In this document: piece by piece, positions 27,429 to 39,776 of the stretch
How the letters are laid out: each line of letters begins with the position of its first letter
Numbering within the stretch: position 1 is the stretch's first letter
The notes under the pieces: model-generated
The model's input: only the letters and a program-made list of their open reading frames with translations
The model's database searches: none
Told to the model about the DNA's origin: nothing
Source of the DNA: Haliotis rufescens
Lineage: Eukaryota
DNA length: 64,000 nucleotides
Assembly: GCF_023055435.1 (NCBI RefSeq)
Contig: NW_025963779.1
Span: 70,866,001 to 70,930,000, forward strand
Reading direction: 5' to 3'
Position numbers and translations under genes: made by a program

Positions 27429-29046
27429 GGGAGCGACCATTTGATACCTATGGGGGGGGGGGGGGCGGCGGAAGTATTTACAAATGAATAGTTTGTTGGA
27501 GATAATCAGTAAAATAAATAGAATGTTTACTACTGTGAGAAAAATGAATAGTTTGTTTCCAGATATAATTTTGCATGTCATTGCAACATTTATCTATTAA
27601 ATTAAAGAATTATTCCAGCATTATAAACGTAAAAATTTTCCGCCGCATTCGGCGCAACATCACTATTACTTTAATCTTATTTGTTGCTATTTCTGTATAT
27701 GAAGTTAATGGCTTCAGTTCAGCACATTTTGCTATTTAAATGCATGTACAAATATTCAGGCGTCCAATTTAACAATTTCCAAAAAGAAATAACCAAGCTA
27801 CAATGTTGTAAAAGAACACATTTATTCACTGATAAATGTTGAACATATTTATATTGTGGTTTGTTTGAGGAATGGTTTGAAATACAAATAAACCATATGT
27901 ATTAAATGAAAAGGTATCGGTATGAACAATTTTCACCAAAATCCTTTAAATAAAACGATATTATATGATCTTTGGATATGACCTGGTCATATTATAGAAG
28001 ATGACATCCGACTGACGAACACCTGTCTTATTGACAACTTTTATATTTTTTCCACATTTTGTTCACATTCAGAAGAGACATCTTGAGAAATTTTCAGAGA
28101 ATTATAGAACCATTTGCGCTTAAATTGCTGGAAGTTCACACACTGTTTAAAGAGAAACACTACGCTGATGGAAAAATATGCTGGCTACAACAGTTTGATG
28201 AATTTTCCGAAGACTCACGACATTGGAACTGCTATGGTGGACAACAGGAGAGAGTATTTTCTAAGATGAAACCTCTCGTCACCACTGAATTTTCATCAGA
28301 ATGTAGTGCAAAAGATGACTGTGAGAAGAATCCAGTCATTCACAGAACAAGTACTGACATCTCTTTGTCGTGGGAGGAAGGTCAACACACTACTCTTCAG
28401 GAGAAGTTATATTCATGGATTGCCAATGAACATGATCCTCGACCATGCCTGTTTCAGGGTAAAGACTCCAATGAGAATTGTTCTGGTGTCCGAACATTCT
28501 CTTCAAGACTGTTCACCATTGATTCCCCACCAGTAGTGTACATAGAGATAGACAATTGTCCTCTCACCAGATACCCCAATGTTATTCAGATGAATGAACG
28601 AGTATATACACTATTTGCTTTAGTGTATGGCAATGGGGGTCATTTCTTGGGATGTGTGTGTGTGCCAGGCAAAGGTTGGTACAGTTACGATGGCTTGGAA
28701 GTATACCACCGATACGGGCCGGGACTAAAGAAACAGCTATTACCGCGTCCTCCACCAGGCTACAAACAGGACTACTGTATTTATGTCAGGGAATGAAAAA
28801 GACTATTATAACGGGTGTTCTATAGCTGTTCATGTTATAATACACCACAGGCTGCATTTGCTGAAATATGATTGCATATTTTACTCTGTAATAAAATTGC
28901 AAAATTACCATCTGAAATGAATAGTTTGTTCAGCTGTATGTTACAAAAAAATAGTTTGTTAGAAATGGCTTCAGAAAAAAAGTTTGCTGAGAAAACAACC
29001 CCCCCCCCCCCCCCCCCCCCCCCATAGAAATCAAATGGTCGCTCCC
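27429..29046. mobile_element. Non-autonomous TIR DNA transposon with TWA TSD (PIF/Harbinger- or Zator-like) inserted in a coding exon
   Basis: TIRs GGGAGCGACCATTTGAT(AC/TT)CTATGGGGG.. at both ends and TTA TSD (27426-27428, 29047-29049). Removing it restores ..ALNINGTNCVTVINNGLDKP.. in the host exon. Confidence 0.92.
27985..28796 (+). pseudogene. Transposon-borne cysteine-protease-like ORF (USP/peptidase C19-like fold), frameshifted
   Basis: LTNTCLIDNF (Cys-box-like, Cys codon 28024-28026) lies one frameshift upstream of ORF 28059-28796, which ends YTLFALVYGNGGHF..WYSYDG..YCIYVR (His-box-like). Confidence 0.55.
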
Positions 29047-30976
29047 TTATGTTGAGGGCAGCAATGACCCTATTTCCCTGGTCTGTGTAAAATATCTTCC
29101 TGGCGATAGAATCAACAGCTATTCCATATAAATCAGCACCTGTAACAAGATGTAAATGCAAGTCATTGCCCTATGTAGACGTGAAATATGCCGAATATAT
29201 TGAATGTGTGTCTTCTCTGTTTTGTAAACACTAGACATACAAATATTGCATATTTCATACGGCGCCTACCTGTTTATATGTCTAGTGGCTTGTGTTGGTG
29301 GTCAAAGCACAATCTGATATAATAGATGACCGTGTGGTCGTAATTACCTTAACTTGGTATTCATGACTTTTTCATTGGGTCCCGGGGCATGAGAGACCGG
29401 CTATTTAATATCTTGAGGCGATCGTGAATACTAGATATAATTCTACCTCAGATTTTACACACAAATATAATTTAATCGATTAGACATAGTGGATGTCCTG
29501 CAAAAGACCATATACATGTATATGCGTTGATGCAGTGAATGATAAAATATAACGTCATCAGTAAGAAGTTGTTTGGTCAAGTTTACAACGTTCAAGGCCT
29601 CAGTAAAGCTTTCAAAATGTTTTATGGTTAAAAGAGGACATTTCGGAAATGTGACGCATCAGTGACAAGAATGATGTCCGATGCAATTCCCTATTTTGAC
29701 TTTACCATTTGTTTCCGTCTTTTTTATTATATGTAAGCAATTGACCTTCCTTTGTTTAATGGTGATTCATAAACACATGCTCATGATGAGGTCGGAAACG
29801 GACAATCGACTCAGGCAGGGATATCTTATGAATATGGAAAGTGTTTAAGTTTTATAGGGAGGTATATCAGTATAAACAATAAGATTTCGTTTGTACCTCA
29901 CGCTTACACTGTTTTACGATCACATACTTGCATTGAAGGACATGATGAGTTCCTCGGTGTTCTTTTTCATGTTTCTTGCTTTGATCTTCTCAGGAGCCCC
30001 CCATAGAAATCAAATGGTCGCTCCCTTATGTTGAGGGCAGCAATGACCCTATTTCCCTGGTCTGTGTAAAATATCTTCCTGGCGATAGAATCAACAGCTA
30101 TTCCATATAAATCAGCACCTGTAACAAGATGTAAATGCAAGTCATTGCCCTATGTAGACGTGAAATATGCCGAATATATTGAATGTGTGTCTTCTCTGTT
30201 TTGTAAACACTAGACATACAAATATTGCATATTTCATACGGCGCCTACCTGTTTATATGTCTAGTGGCTTGTGTTGGTGGTCAAAGCACAATCTGATATA
30301 ATAGATGACCGTGTGGTCGTAATTACCTTAACTTGGTATTCATGACTTTTTCATTGGGTCCCGGGGCATGAGAGACCGGCTATTTAATATCTTGAGGCGA
30401 TCGTGAATACTAGATATAATTCTACCTCAGATTTTACACACAAATATAATTTAATCGATTAGACATAGTGGATGTCCTGCAAAAGACCATATACATGTAT
30501 ATGCGTTGATGCAGTGAATGATAAAATATAACGTCATCAGTAAGAAGTTGTTTGGTCAAGTTTACAACGTTCAAGGCCTCAGTAAAGCTTTCAAAATGTT
30601 TTATGGTTAAAAGAGGACATTTCGGAAATGTGACGCATCAGTGACAAGAATGATGTCCGATGCAATTCCCTATTTTGACTTTACCATTTGTTTCCGTCTT
30701 TTTTATTATATGTAAGCAATTGACCTTCCTTTGTTTAATGGTGATTCATAAACACATGCTCATGATGAGGTCGGAAACGGACAATCGACTCAGGCAGGGA
30801 TATCTTATGAATATGGAAAGTGTTTAAGTTTTATAGGGCGGTATATCAGTATAAACAATAAGATTTCGTTTGTACCTCACGCTTACACTGTTTTACGATC
30901 ACATACTTGCATTGAAGGACATGATGAGTTCCTCGGTGTTCTTTTTCATGTTTCTTGCTTTGATCTTCTCAGGAGC
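29018..30976. repeat. Near-perfect 979-bp tandem duplication including a solo transposon TIR and exon copies
   Basis: 29021.. recurs at 30000.. (offset 979). I saw one mismatch (GGGAG/GGGCG). The first copy truncates the 30907-31137 exon at 29996. Confidence 0.92.
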
Positions 30977-31764
30977 AGCATTTGTCCGATACAGTTTCTG
31001 CTCCACGGGGTCGTAGTCAATAGATACAGGAACCGTGCCTGCAGCTACAGGGGCTACTGATGACTGTGGTGGACTGACAGATAACTTGTCAATTCCCCCT
31101 GGTTTACTGAATAGTATAGTTGATGTTGGGTTGTCCACTGTAACGAAATATTTCATAACTATCTACTAAAGGTATTGTGATATAATCACTGAATTCATAG
31201 TTTGACAATTTCATATATCAAAGGATTATTATACCGTTTACATATTTCCAAATTGTTTTATTTTACACCACGGTGAGAATAGGGCACCCAACACTATCGC
31301 TTGTTTAAGAGGCAAGTGGGGCAGATGGTCAGGCTCTGTGACCGGCTTGATTGCGTGTCACAATGCCCCAACGGCGTGGTATGCTGTTCATAATATCAAC
31401 CACTGGTTTGTCTGTCCAGACTCCATTATTTATGGCCTCGGTTACAATGGTGAGGTGAGATGAAATGGGATTTCACGTCGAGTTCAAGGAGAGGTTATAC
31501 TGGTTATACTGGAATATGTGCTGGTTATACAGCCAGTTCTTATCAATAATGTAAAAAGACATACAATTGAACATCCTCGTCCTGGACCAGTTATTTTAAC
31601 GATAGTTTTGAATAGGTCCTGCACTGGCCCTTAACCAGGACAGGGTCACGGCGCCACCCGTATTGAAAATTGACTGCATAAATATGAATAATGGATAAAA
31701 ATTAATATTGTTCCCTATCATCTCACTGTATATACTTCTATGGTATTTAGAAATTCATTAAGGG

Positions 31765-32030
31765 GGTTCGGGTGGCCCAGTCGTCTAGTACCGCGATTCT
31801 CTGTGCAGAGTTGAGTCCCTTGGGCACGCCAGAAACCTATGATTGTGGGTTCCAATCCGGGTTTGACCCGATTATGTTTCGAGGTTTGTCAGCACCATAC
31901 CCGTGCTCGTGGGTTTAACCGAACTGGTAAACGTCTGAGATTTGCATCACTTCGGGCTTTCCTTCCAGATTAAGCTGACACGCCGGGATATAACTGCAAT
32001 ACTGTTAAAAGCGGTGTTAAACCAAACTCA
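31765..32030 (+). mobile_element. tRNA-derived SINE family 3
   Basis: A/B boxes and 3' GTTAAAAGCGGTGTTAAACC; homologous to 11150-11398. Confidence 0.75.
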
Positions 32031-32305
32031 ATCAGTAGATATTAATTAAGGGCCACTGGTAACGTTATCATGTACTGTAACCATAATATTCCTTTTAGCT
32101 GAAATGATGTTCAATACATTTTAGATCTATCGTCAGAGTGTTAATTTTGCTTTACACGACACACAGCAATTTCCAGCAAAATAGAACATTGAACCTGTGA
32201 GCATAGGCGTTTTCCTGCTGTTGTAGTCAAACAGTGGCCAAAGCAATGTAACCTGGAAAGAAATTGCCTTGTCTCGCCATCTGCCTAGCTTTCATCACAT
32301 CACTT

Positions 32306-32574
32306 GAACCGCCTCCGTGGTCTAGTGGTTGAGCGTCCGCCCGGAGAGCGGAAGGTCCGGGGTTCGATCCCCGGCCGCGGCATACCAAAAGACGTTAAAA
32401 GATGGTACTTGTTGTTACTCTGTCTGGCGCCCGGCATTAAGGGGCTAAAACAAGGACTGGTCGGCTCGGAGTCAGTATACTGTGTCTGCAGGGGGTATTC
32501 ATGTTAAACTGCGGCATGGTATCTCAGTGTGCCAGCACTCTAAATCGGCATCGGTCCGGACTAGTACAATCAGC

Positions 32575-32607
<33 letters not shown>

Positions 32608-32634
32608 ATGCACGTCGCAATATAAGTGCAATAA
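32306..32634 (+). mobile_element. tRNA-derived Meta-domain-like SINE (family 2) with (CA)n
   Basis: GGTCTAGTGG A box, GGTTCGATCC B box, CATACCAAAAGACGTTAAAAGATGGTAC core. Copies at 33740-34025 (spanning the gap), 40407-40757 (-), 47145-47463 and ~49880-50092 (-). Confidence 0.85.
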
Positions 32635-33841
32635 CCTTCCGGAAGTGTTCAATTTTACAACCAACGGGACACCACTGTAACCATTGTTAAATACGACCGA
32701 AAAACATAAAGAGGCCTGCATGAAGTCTGCTATATGATAATGTACTGTGTTGTCTGTAATCCTCTCGTGTATGCACGTCGTTTACTGCATATTATTGCGT
32801 ACGAGAGCATGTGGGATTTGGCATTCACCTCATGTCTCATGCGGCTCCGTGAAATAGTTTCTCAAGTTTCTGTCAAACATTCACTCAACTTATTGTGCTT
32901 TCCCTGGTTATTCGTGAGAATTTAGAACATCGTATTTAATTTAATTTCGACACATAATGCTACTGCTTACTTTGGTCAGGGTTGAATTTATGGCAAATTT
33001 AAAGTATCATGAAAAATAGTAATGGATTTGTTTTACATCATTATGTAGCCAGTATGATGTACAATACAATGGCCGAGAAAAAATGTGAAAGCGTAAAGTT
33101 AGCAGTGTTGCCCATAATTAAACGTATCTATTTTGAGGTCTGTATTAGTAACAACAAAAACTAATCTTAAGAGCGCGACCGTGGTTTAACCACCAGCCGG
33201 GTACAGATAATACGCGATCGTTTCAATATTTGTGGGGAGACCCGTGCTATATATATAACACTGAATGGATGCCATGTATGTCAAGAGCATGGCTAGTGAG
33301 GGTAAATGACGTGGAATGACAAATGAATGTTACACTTCGACAACCGCAGCAAAGACTAGCGACCCGGAACTGCTTCCTCAAAGGGGATTCCCCGTGACCT
33401 CGCGCTAGTTTGAAACAATTCTCAAAAATAGTCGGGAACTCCCATGTGCTATAAAATTGCGAGGCCCTGTTATCACCTACCAATACATCTGTTAAACAAA
33501 GTCTTTAACAATGTTCAAGAGAGCATATTATAATCAGGTAAACTTTAATTTTATTTTGCTAATTTCTGTGGCGGTCATATTGTACAAACTGTATGCGGAA
33601 GTAATGGTCTGTATGTGGTTTACTGTGTAATCTTGCAGGCCATGACATCAGGCCACTTATCGCGAGTATAAAAGTGTTAGCTTCTTAATTCATCCTGTTG
33701 AGAAAACTGAAATGCATGTCAAAGTATTCATTTAATAGCGAACCGCCTCCAAGGTCTTGTGGTAGAGCGTCCGCCCGGAAAGCTGAAGGTCAGGAGTTCG
33801 ATCCCCGGCCGTGTCATACCTAAAGACGTTAAAAGATGGTA

Positions 33842-33982
33842 NNNNNNNNNNNNNNNNNNNNNNNNNNNNNNNNNNNNNNNNNNNNNNNNNNNNNNNNNNN
33901 NNNNNNNNNNNNNNNNNNNNNNNNNNNNNNNNNNNNNNNNNNNNNNNNNNNNNNNNNNNNNNNNNNNNNNNNNNNNNNNNNN
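33842..33982. other. Assembly gap (N run) inside a SINE
   Basis: Run of N flanked by the 5' and 3' parts of a family 2 SINE. Confidence 1.
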
Positions 33983-35977
33983 GCAAGTGATCTTGGACGC
34001 GACGTTAAACCCTATTTCACCTCATGAGCTAAAATGGAGGACTTCGGGGCACCTTGATACTGTTTTATGGCAGTGTATTTTATTGTTGAACAATAATTGT
34101 AGTTGTGTTACATTTTTTCTGTTGAGATTTGGTAGACGCTAATTGCATTGTTTGGACAGTGTTAAGTCGTCAGGAATGTAGTACTATTTAACGTAAGTAG
34201 TCGTTAGAAAGTTACTATATTTAGATGCTAGTGTGGTGTGTAAACTTCCGGTTCGGTATACCGCCGACGGTGATAGTGTGTTGAAGAAACATGTGGAATG
34301 CTCTAGTACCACTGGTGAGGGCACTGTTTAGAAGTTTCCAGAAGCTAGCTGGACTGTTTATCTATTGGTATAAGAGCATGTTACGCATCTCTCACACAAT
34401 ACATCACAGCAAGACCAGTTTTCGTGTGAGGATCACTCATCATCCCTGATTGCCTGCCTAAACCAACTCGCAAGCTTGACCACCGTCGCCGCTGGGTGAA
34501 TATGCTATTGTCACTGGTTGTTGCTATCACCAGTGTATCTTTGTATTTGATACTGACCACTACCATTATATTATTTATTGCTATTGAATATTGTACAACA
34601 ACTCTGTTGTGTACTGCCATTGTAATTGCTGTGCTGTAATTTGTGTCGATTTGTAAACGTTGTTTTGTAATACAATAATTTGTTAATTGTATACCTTTTG
34701 TTGGTTGTTTGAGGGTTGACACTAAGTTCTTTTACACACAGTATTCTGGGTTAACTTTTTGTTTCAATATGGGAATCGACACGTGACAATACGTATTAAC
34801 CCAAATCACAGAAGCTGATAGCTGTCCAAGTCATCGGCTCTTACAGCAAACATGAGGTACTAGGGATCTCTACTGACCCAGAATGTCCACAGGGTTAGTC
34901 GTATAACTGCAAACAAACATATTCGGTATTTGTAGTCTGATATCCCGTACAGTTGATATATAACTTACCTTTCGCGTAAACCTGGATAAGAAGACAGATA
35001 TATCCACACAAACGAGAATATCTCCCAACCATTTTGCCCTGAAGTATGTAAGTGTGCTTTGGTTGATGTACATCCTTGTTCAGTATGTATAAACCATCTG
35101 GAACGTCATCCCATTGTTCTATACGGGGTTTACTCATTGTAGCAGCTATTTTGAGTCCATCAAGGTGAAAGCTGACATACGGAAATATGAAAAGGTGCAC
35201 CCGAGAATTATAGATTAAAAATCCATTCGTTGAACATAGGATGTTTTACATGTATACATATTAAGTGCGTTGTGGCGTAATCAACAGAGCTTTGGTACCC
35301 GTCAGGAATTGCCCTATAAATTCGTTTTAATCCGTTTGCTAAATTAGATGCACACTAACAAATTGTAGTTATGATGTCCATGAAATCATGACAATATTAT
35401 TTTGACACTTTAATTCAAACACATGTACACCATGACAACAACAGTATATGTCTCTATAGCAAAGTGTAAATGTGGCGCGATATTGCAATGAACAGCGACT
35501 CCCTTTTTAATTTGGACAGTTACATATCTTAGAAAAGGTTAAATACTTGTACTTTTGGCCTCTGAACGTCCTTGATGGTTGGGGACTGTCATAGTTTTAT
35601 TGATTTGTACATTTTCCCCTATGCACAAGTACATGAGACATCACGTATTTGACATCATAAGTTAACCATTAAAAGTCCACGTGGATGATGTAATAATGTC
35701 TCTCCCAGGAAATATTTCATATCATAAAATAAATATATTGTGAGAATATTCAAAGTCTCACCCCGATATCATTCCTGCCTTGTCTCAAAAGGCTAGTGTT
35801 TGGTTTTGCACCACATTGGCAGAAGATAAATACGACCGGTTCATAATACATAAATCCTCCCTGATGAAGGTATTATATACGTGATGGGCAGTGACCGGGC
35901 TTTATGCCGACGGTTATATCATATCAAGTTATATTTGGAAAGTGGCACAGGTCTAAGAAAATTATCGCTTTGATGGT

Positions 35978-36138
35978 GTGAGTGAGTGACTATGGTTTTA
36001 CGCCGCTTTTAGCAATATCACGGCGGGGGGCACCAGAAATTGGCTTCACACATTGTACCCATGTCGGGAATCGAACCCGGGTCTTCGGCGTGACGAGCGA
36101 ACGCTTTAACCACTAGATAGGCTACCCGACCGCCCCGC
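35978..36138 (-). mobile_element. tRNA-derived SINE family 1 with TSD
   Basis: TSD ATCGCTTTGATGGT at 35964-35977 and 36139-36152. Confidence 0.9.
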
Positions 36139-38059
36139 ATCGCTTTGATGGTACCAGATAGCATTGGTATAGATCTGACCAGTAACAATACCAAGTTATA
36201 CTGATGTAGCTCTTACGCTCTGTGTGGACAGATTACTCGGACAAAATAAAACGAAACACCCACGAGAATTTATCGTTGGCACAATACGAGTAAATACCGG
36301 CCCACCTTTTCCTTTCGTGCCCTGAACCCCCTATGTATGATCAGCACACTACACCACGATGGCAGGGTTCACAGTAAGTTCCTCGAAATGACAAAATAGC
36401 GAACATAAATTAATGTAAGGTATTTGTGGGGTCGCGTGATTCTCTTTCTTTACGTAAATGCACAAGTATCCTGAAATATTTGAAATAGTTAAGAAGCAGG
36501 CGGATACGTACACGGTATATTCTAACTCTCAGCCACAATATAGTAATAATTAAATAAGTGGAGCAAGAATGAACACAGTTTTAATTGGCTAGCGCTTTCA
36601 ACATGTATCACGTACGAGTCTCATCAGGCGATAACTGAATAACGGACATGAAATGTTATGACGTCACGTAACTATATGTTACACCCGACATGGGTACTAT
36701 GTGTGGAGCCCATTTGTGGTGTCCCCCGACGTGATATTGCTGGAATATTGCTAAAAGCGGCGTAAAATCAAACTCACTCACTCACTCTACTGGGGTGATA
36801 GGAGTAGCTTTAAGCCTGAGGACGACTGTGTTGTGTGTGTCTGTTTCTACGGTCCTAAAGCACTTCCCTGTTTAAAAATGTTTAAATAATCTGACCTTAC
36901 CAACCGTAGTGTATAATATCCCGCTACTGAGCAAATAAACGAATTTCCCGTTTCATAAAAAATATCCCTGGTGTATCTTATTTGAAGGATTTTCGAAAGA
37001 GGGAAGTAATTCTGCGTATAGCTTTCTTCCGTCTTTCTACGAACATACGAGTAGTGCAAGGCCTAAGTCGTTTGTTTATGATCGCATGTACGCGTACTTT
37101 GGAAATCAAGAGTCACATATTTTGCATATGTCTGGACATATAACAGACAACTCATCACCTGTTTCCTCAGCCAAAGGAAGTTTCTCTTATTCTCTGTCCG
37201 AGGGTGAGCATGGAGATGAGAAACACTCTAAATATACAGACACCTGCTAGTCGAACTTGTTTGGCCAAGTTATCGACAGTTGTTGTGAGTCGGTAACATT
37301 AGTTTAGAGTCTGTTTTCTGGCTGAACAAGGAGTGTTAAGAAATCTATGTAACATTGATTCACAATAAATAGTACTTAACTATATTAAAAGTATTTTTTG
37401 TTAAAACATTAACAGTATAAATTTAGTAAATAAGTTTTTCCGCATATTTTGAATATTTCACCTTATAGGTGTGTGCCGATATGGAAAACTGAAATGTCAA
37501 TTCACTGACGTCATGCTCAAATGACGTCATCACCGAGCTGTGTTGTGACAAATGCTTACATTTTCTATGGATGAAATATGTCCGCTCGTCGTCCTAATAT
37601 TAGGGCAAGGTCTCTACATCATTCATTTTTGCCATAGGACATGTGTAATCGTTATTTTGTATGAGTTCGTATGTTTATCAAATAAGTAGGATTTTGTTTA
37701 AACAGAGAATAATGAATTACAAATCTATAGCGACATAGCGCACTTTCGTGTTTATATCTGGATCACGTGACTTAAACTTGAACGTCACCCCAAAATTGCA
37801 TGTACTTCGCTGAAACATATATTATATTCCGTATAATCTGAACTGTTAAATTAGATTTTACTTTTTTAATTTGGATTTTCTTTTAAATAACTCAAAAGAA
37901 TTAGTTTAAGCAGGTCAAACACGCAAGCTACTCAGGAGTGGAGGTTCGGTCATATGACTCGAAATAGTCAATGTTTGTTAGAGGGACATTTAGGTAATAC
38001 TTCACTATGGCGGCTCTAGTTTGATACACATCGTAATATGTCTTCTAATTTAAACATGC

Positions 38060-38194
38060 CTTCATCACCTTGTCTCCTTCCTATCCTGACTGAGAGCCAT
38101 CCGGGTACTGACCCGTCAAGTGATTACACACTCTTCCCACCATGGGGGCAGAGTTACACACATACCACACCGTGTATGCCAGGAGCAACACATG
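38060..38194 (-). pseudogene. Orphan degenerate EGF-like exon
   Basis: After a TTTCAG acceptor: CVAPGIHGVVCV*LCPH..VCNHLTGQYPDGSQSG*EGDK. Homologous to the 138-nt repeated exon, with stops and frameshifts. Confidence 0.7.
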
Positions 38195-39776
38195 CTGAAA
38201 CGAGTAAATCAATTATTTACTAGGGGATATTCCAGCATTATACTGTAAATGCTCTAATCTTGTCCAGGCAAAACAGTTAATAATAGCACAAAAACAATCC
38301 ACCCCAAACGTTGTGTACGATGACACACATTCACTCTTGTCATACTTTGTAAAAAAATCGACTAGCAACAATACAACATTTTTCAAATACGCGACAAAGT
38401 GTAAAAAGAGAAACGAAAAAGATTGAAACAAATTGTCGTTGGTGACACAAACTACAACTCGGACTCACGAATTCGGCCACCCTCGTATCCATGAAGGTAC
38501 CTTCAGTATCACTCTTCTGGACACAGTTTATGTGGAGTGCACATGGTTTAGATCAATTATGATTAAGATACATGCTGAAATGTTGAAACATTACATATTC
38601 CATCATTAACAGAAATAAAGAGCTGTGGGTGGGGACAAATAATACGTCAAGTCTGTGATGGCATTCCTGTTTGGGGATGAGTGCTTAGTACAAGTGACAA
38701 ACCGAAGGTGTATGAGTGAGTGACTGAGTGTTCTTAACGCTGAGGTCAGCAATATTCCAGCTGGAATAAATGAATGAATGAATTTTCTTTATTTCCTCCG
38801 ATAGTTGGAGAGTGACATATATTTGTAATCACGTTAATAAATGCGACAAACCCCTTTCCATAAAGATAAGAAATCTCTGTTAAAACATTATGTAGAGAAA
38901 TAACTTAAATTATATTCATGGCTTCTTTTGTTCAGCCTAGCAGTTATTATTGTAGTAAAACAAGTAGGCTTGGCAAGTGGAGGCATGTTTGATGGTATTT
39001 AGTATGAATGAAAATGGTCTTTTTCAGAGTAATTTACAGCAAGCACAGCAATAAAGATTGAAACTTACTGACAGAATTAGGAATCAAAGTTTCCTTTGAG
39101 CTTGCACTTTGTTTTTGAAAAATATTGCTTATAAATTAAGACAAAATTATACTTTGATGCTATCACAAAAGCATTTGTTTCTTTCAGTGTGGAATACAGT
39201 AACGCTCCCGGGGTAAAATTAATATGATCGCAAACAGTTCACGACTCTGAGTATCATTACATTTGTAAGTAGACCACGCCCACTCATGTCATCAGTGACA
39301 ATTTGAGGTAAATTTTGTACAGTTTCTAAAAAGCATGCTTAAAATGTGTATATATGCATGCTTGACATTTTCTCTTTCATAGAATACATGTGGTATGTTA
39401 CAATTGATAACAGATGATTGCAACAGTTGAAATATATGGTCACATGCCCATCCGTGTCATCGTGACAATATACGTCAGCGTTTTTGTAATTACTTGAAAG
39501 CAAATATCTACTTTTTAATGCCATGTTTAAAATGTGTATATATACATACATGCTTTAGAAGCAGTAACATGGTTGTATCATGTATAAATATTAGGTTAAC
39601 ACAGACAATTAATATAGCAAAGGTTAACCCATATTTCTTCCGTGTTGATGATTTCTGTTTCTGTGATAAATCTATTCCGCATTCTGTACAGGGAAACATT
39701 TGAAATCACAAACAACGCATGGTGATTCTTTCTCTGTTGCTTATATTACACTCAGGACGCTGTATAAGCAGAAAAC

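Larger units (their letters stand above)
14979..31137 (-). pseudogene. Disrupted type I membrane receptor: LDLR class B (YWTD) propeller, 7 EGF-like exons, TM and short tail
   Basis: Minus-strand exons: 31137-30907 (SIDYDPVEQKLYRTN), 29139-29047 plus 27425-27350 (GIAVDSIARKIFYTD..GLDKPRAIVL, split by a transposon), 27142-27017 (KMYWTDG..GWPN, 2-nt deletion then TGA), 26347-26201 (LFWCDGRTDRVES, frameshift), ~25808-25753, EGF exons 24202-24068, 23172-23041 and five copies in 22754-19144, TM exon 17926-17845 (GVIGASAGVVVLLVIIAIIVAAVVLSR), tail 15093-14979 (RRKRR..YDTV). The signal-peptide exon was not found. Confidence 0.8.

Noticed and set aside
34870-35200. Overlapping minus-strand ORFs as the missing 5' exons of the YWTD gene
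   Set aside because: No signal peptide, recognisable motif or convincing splice pair.
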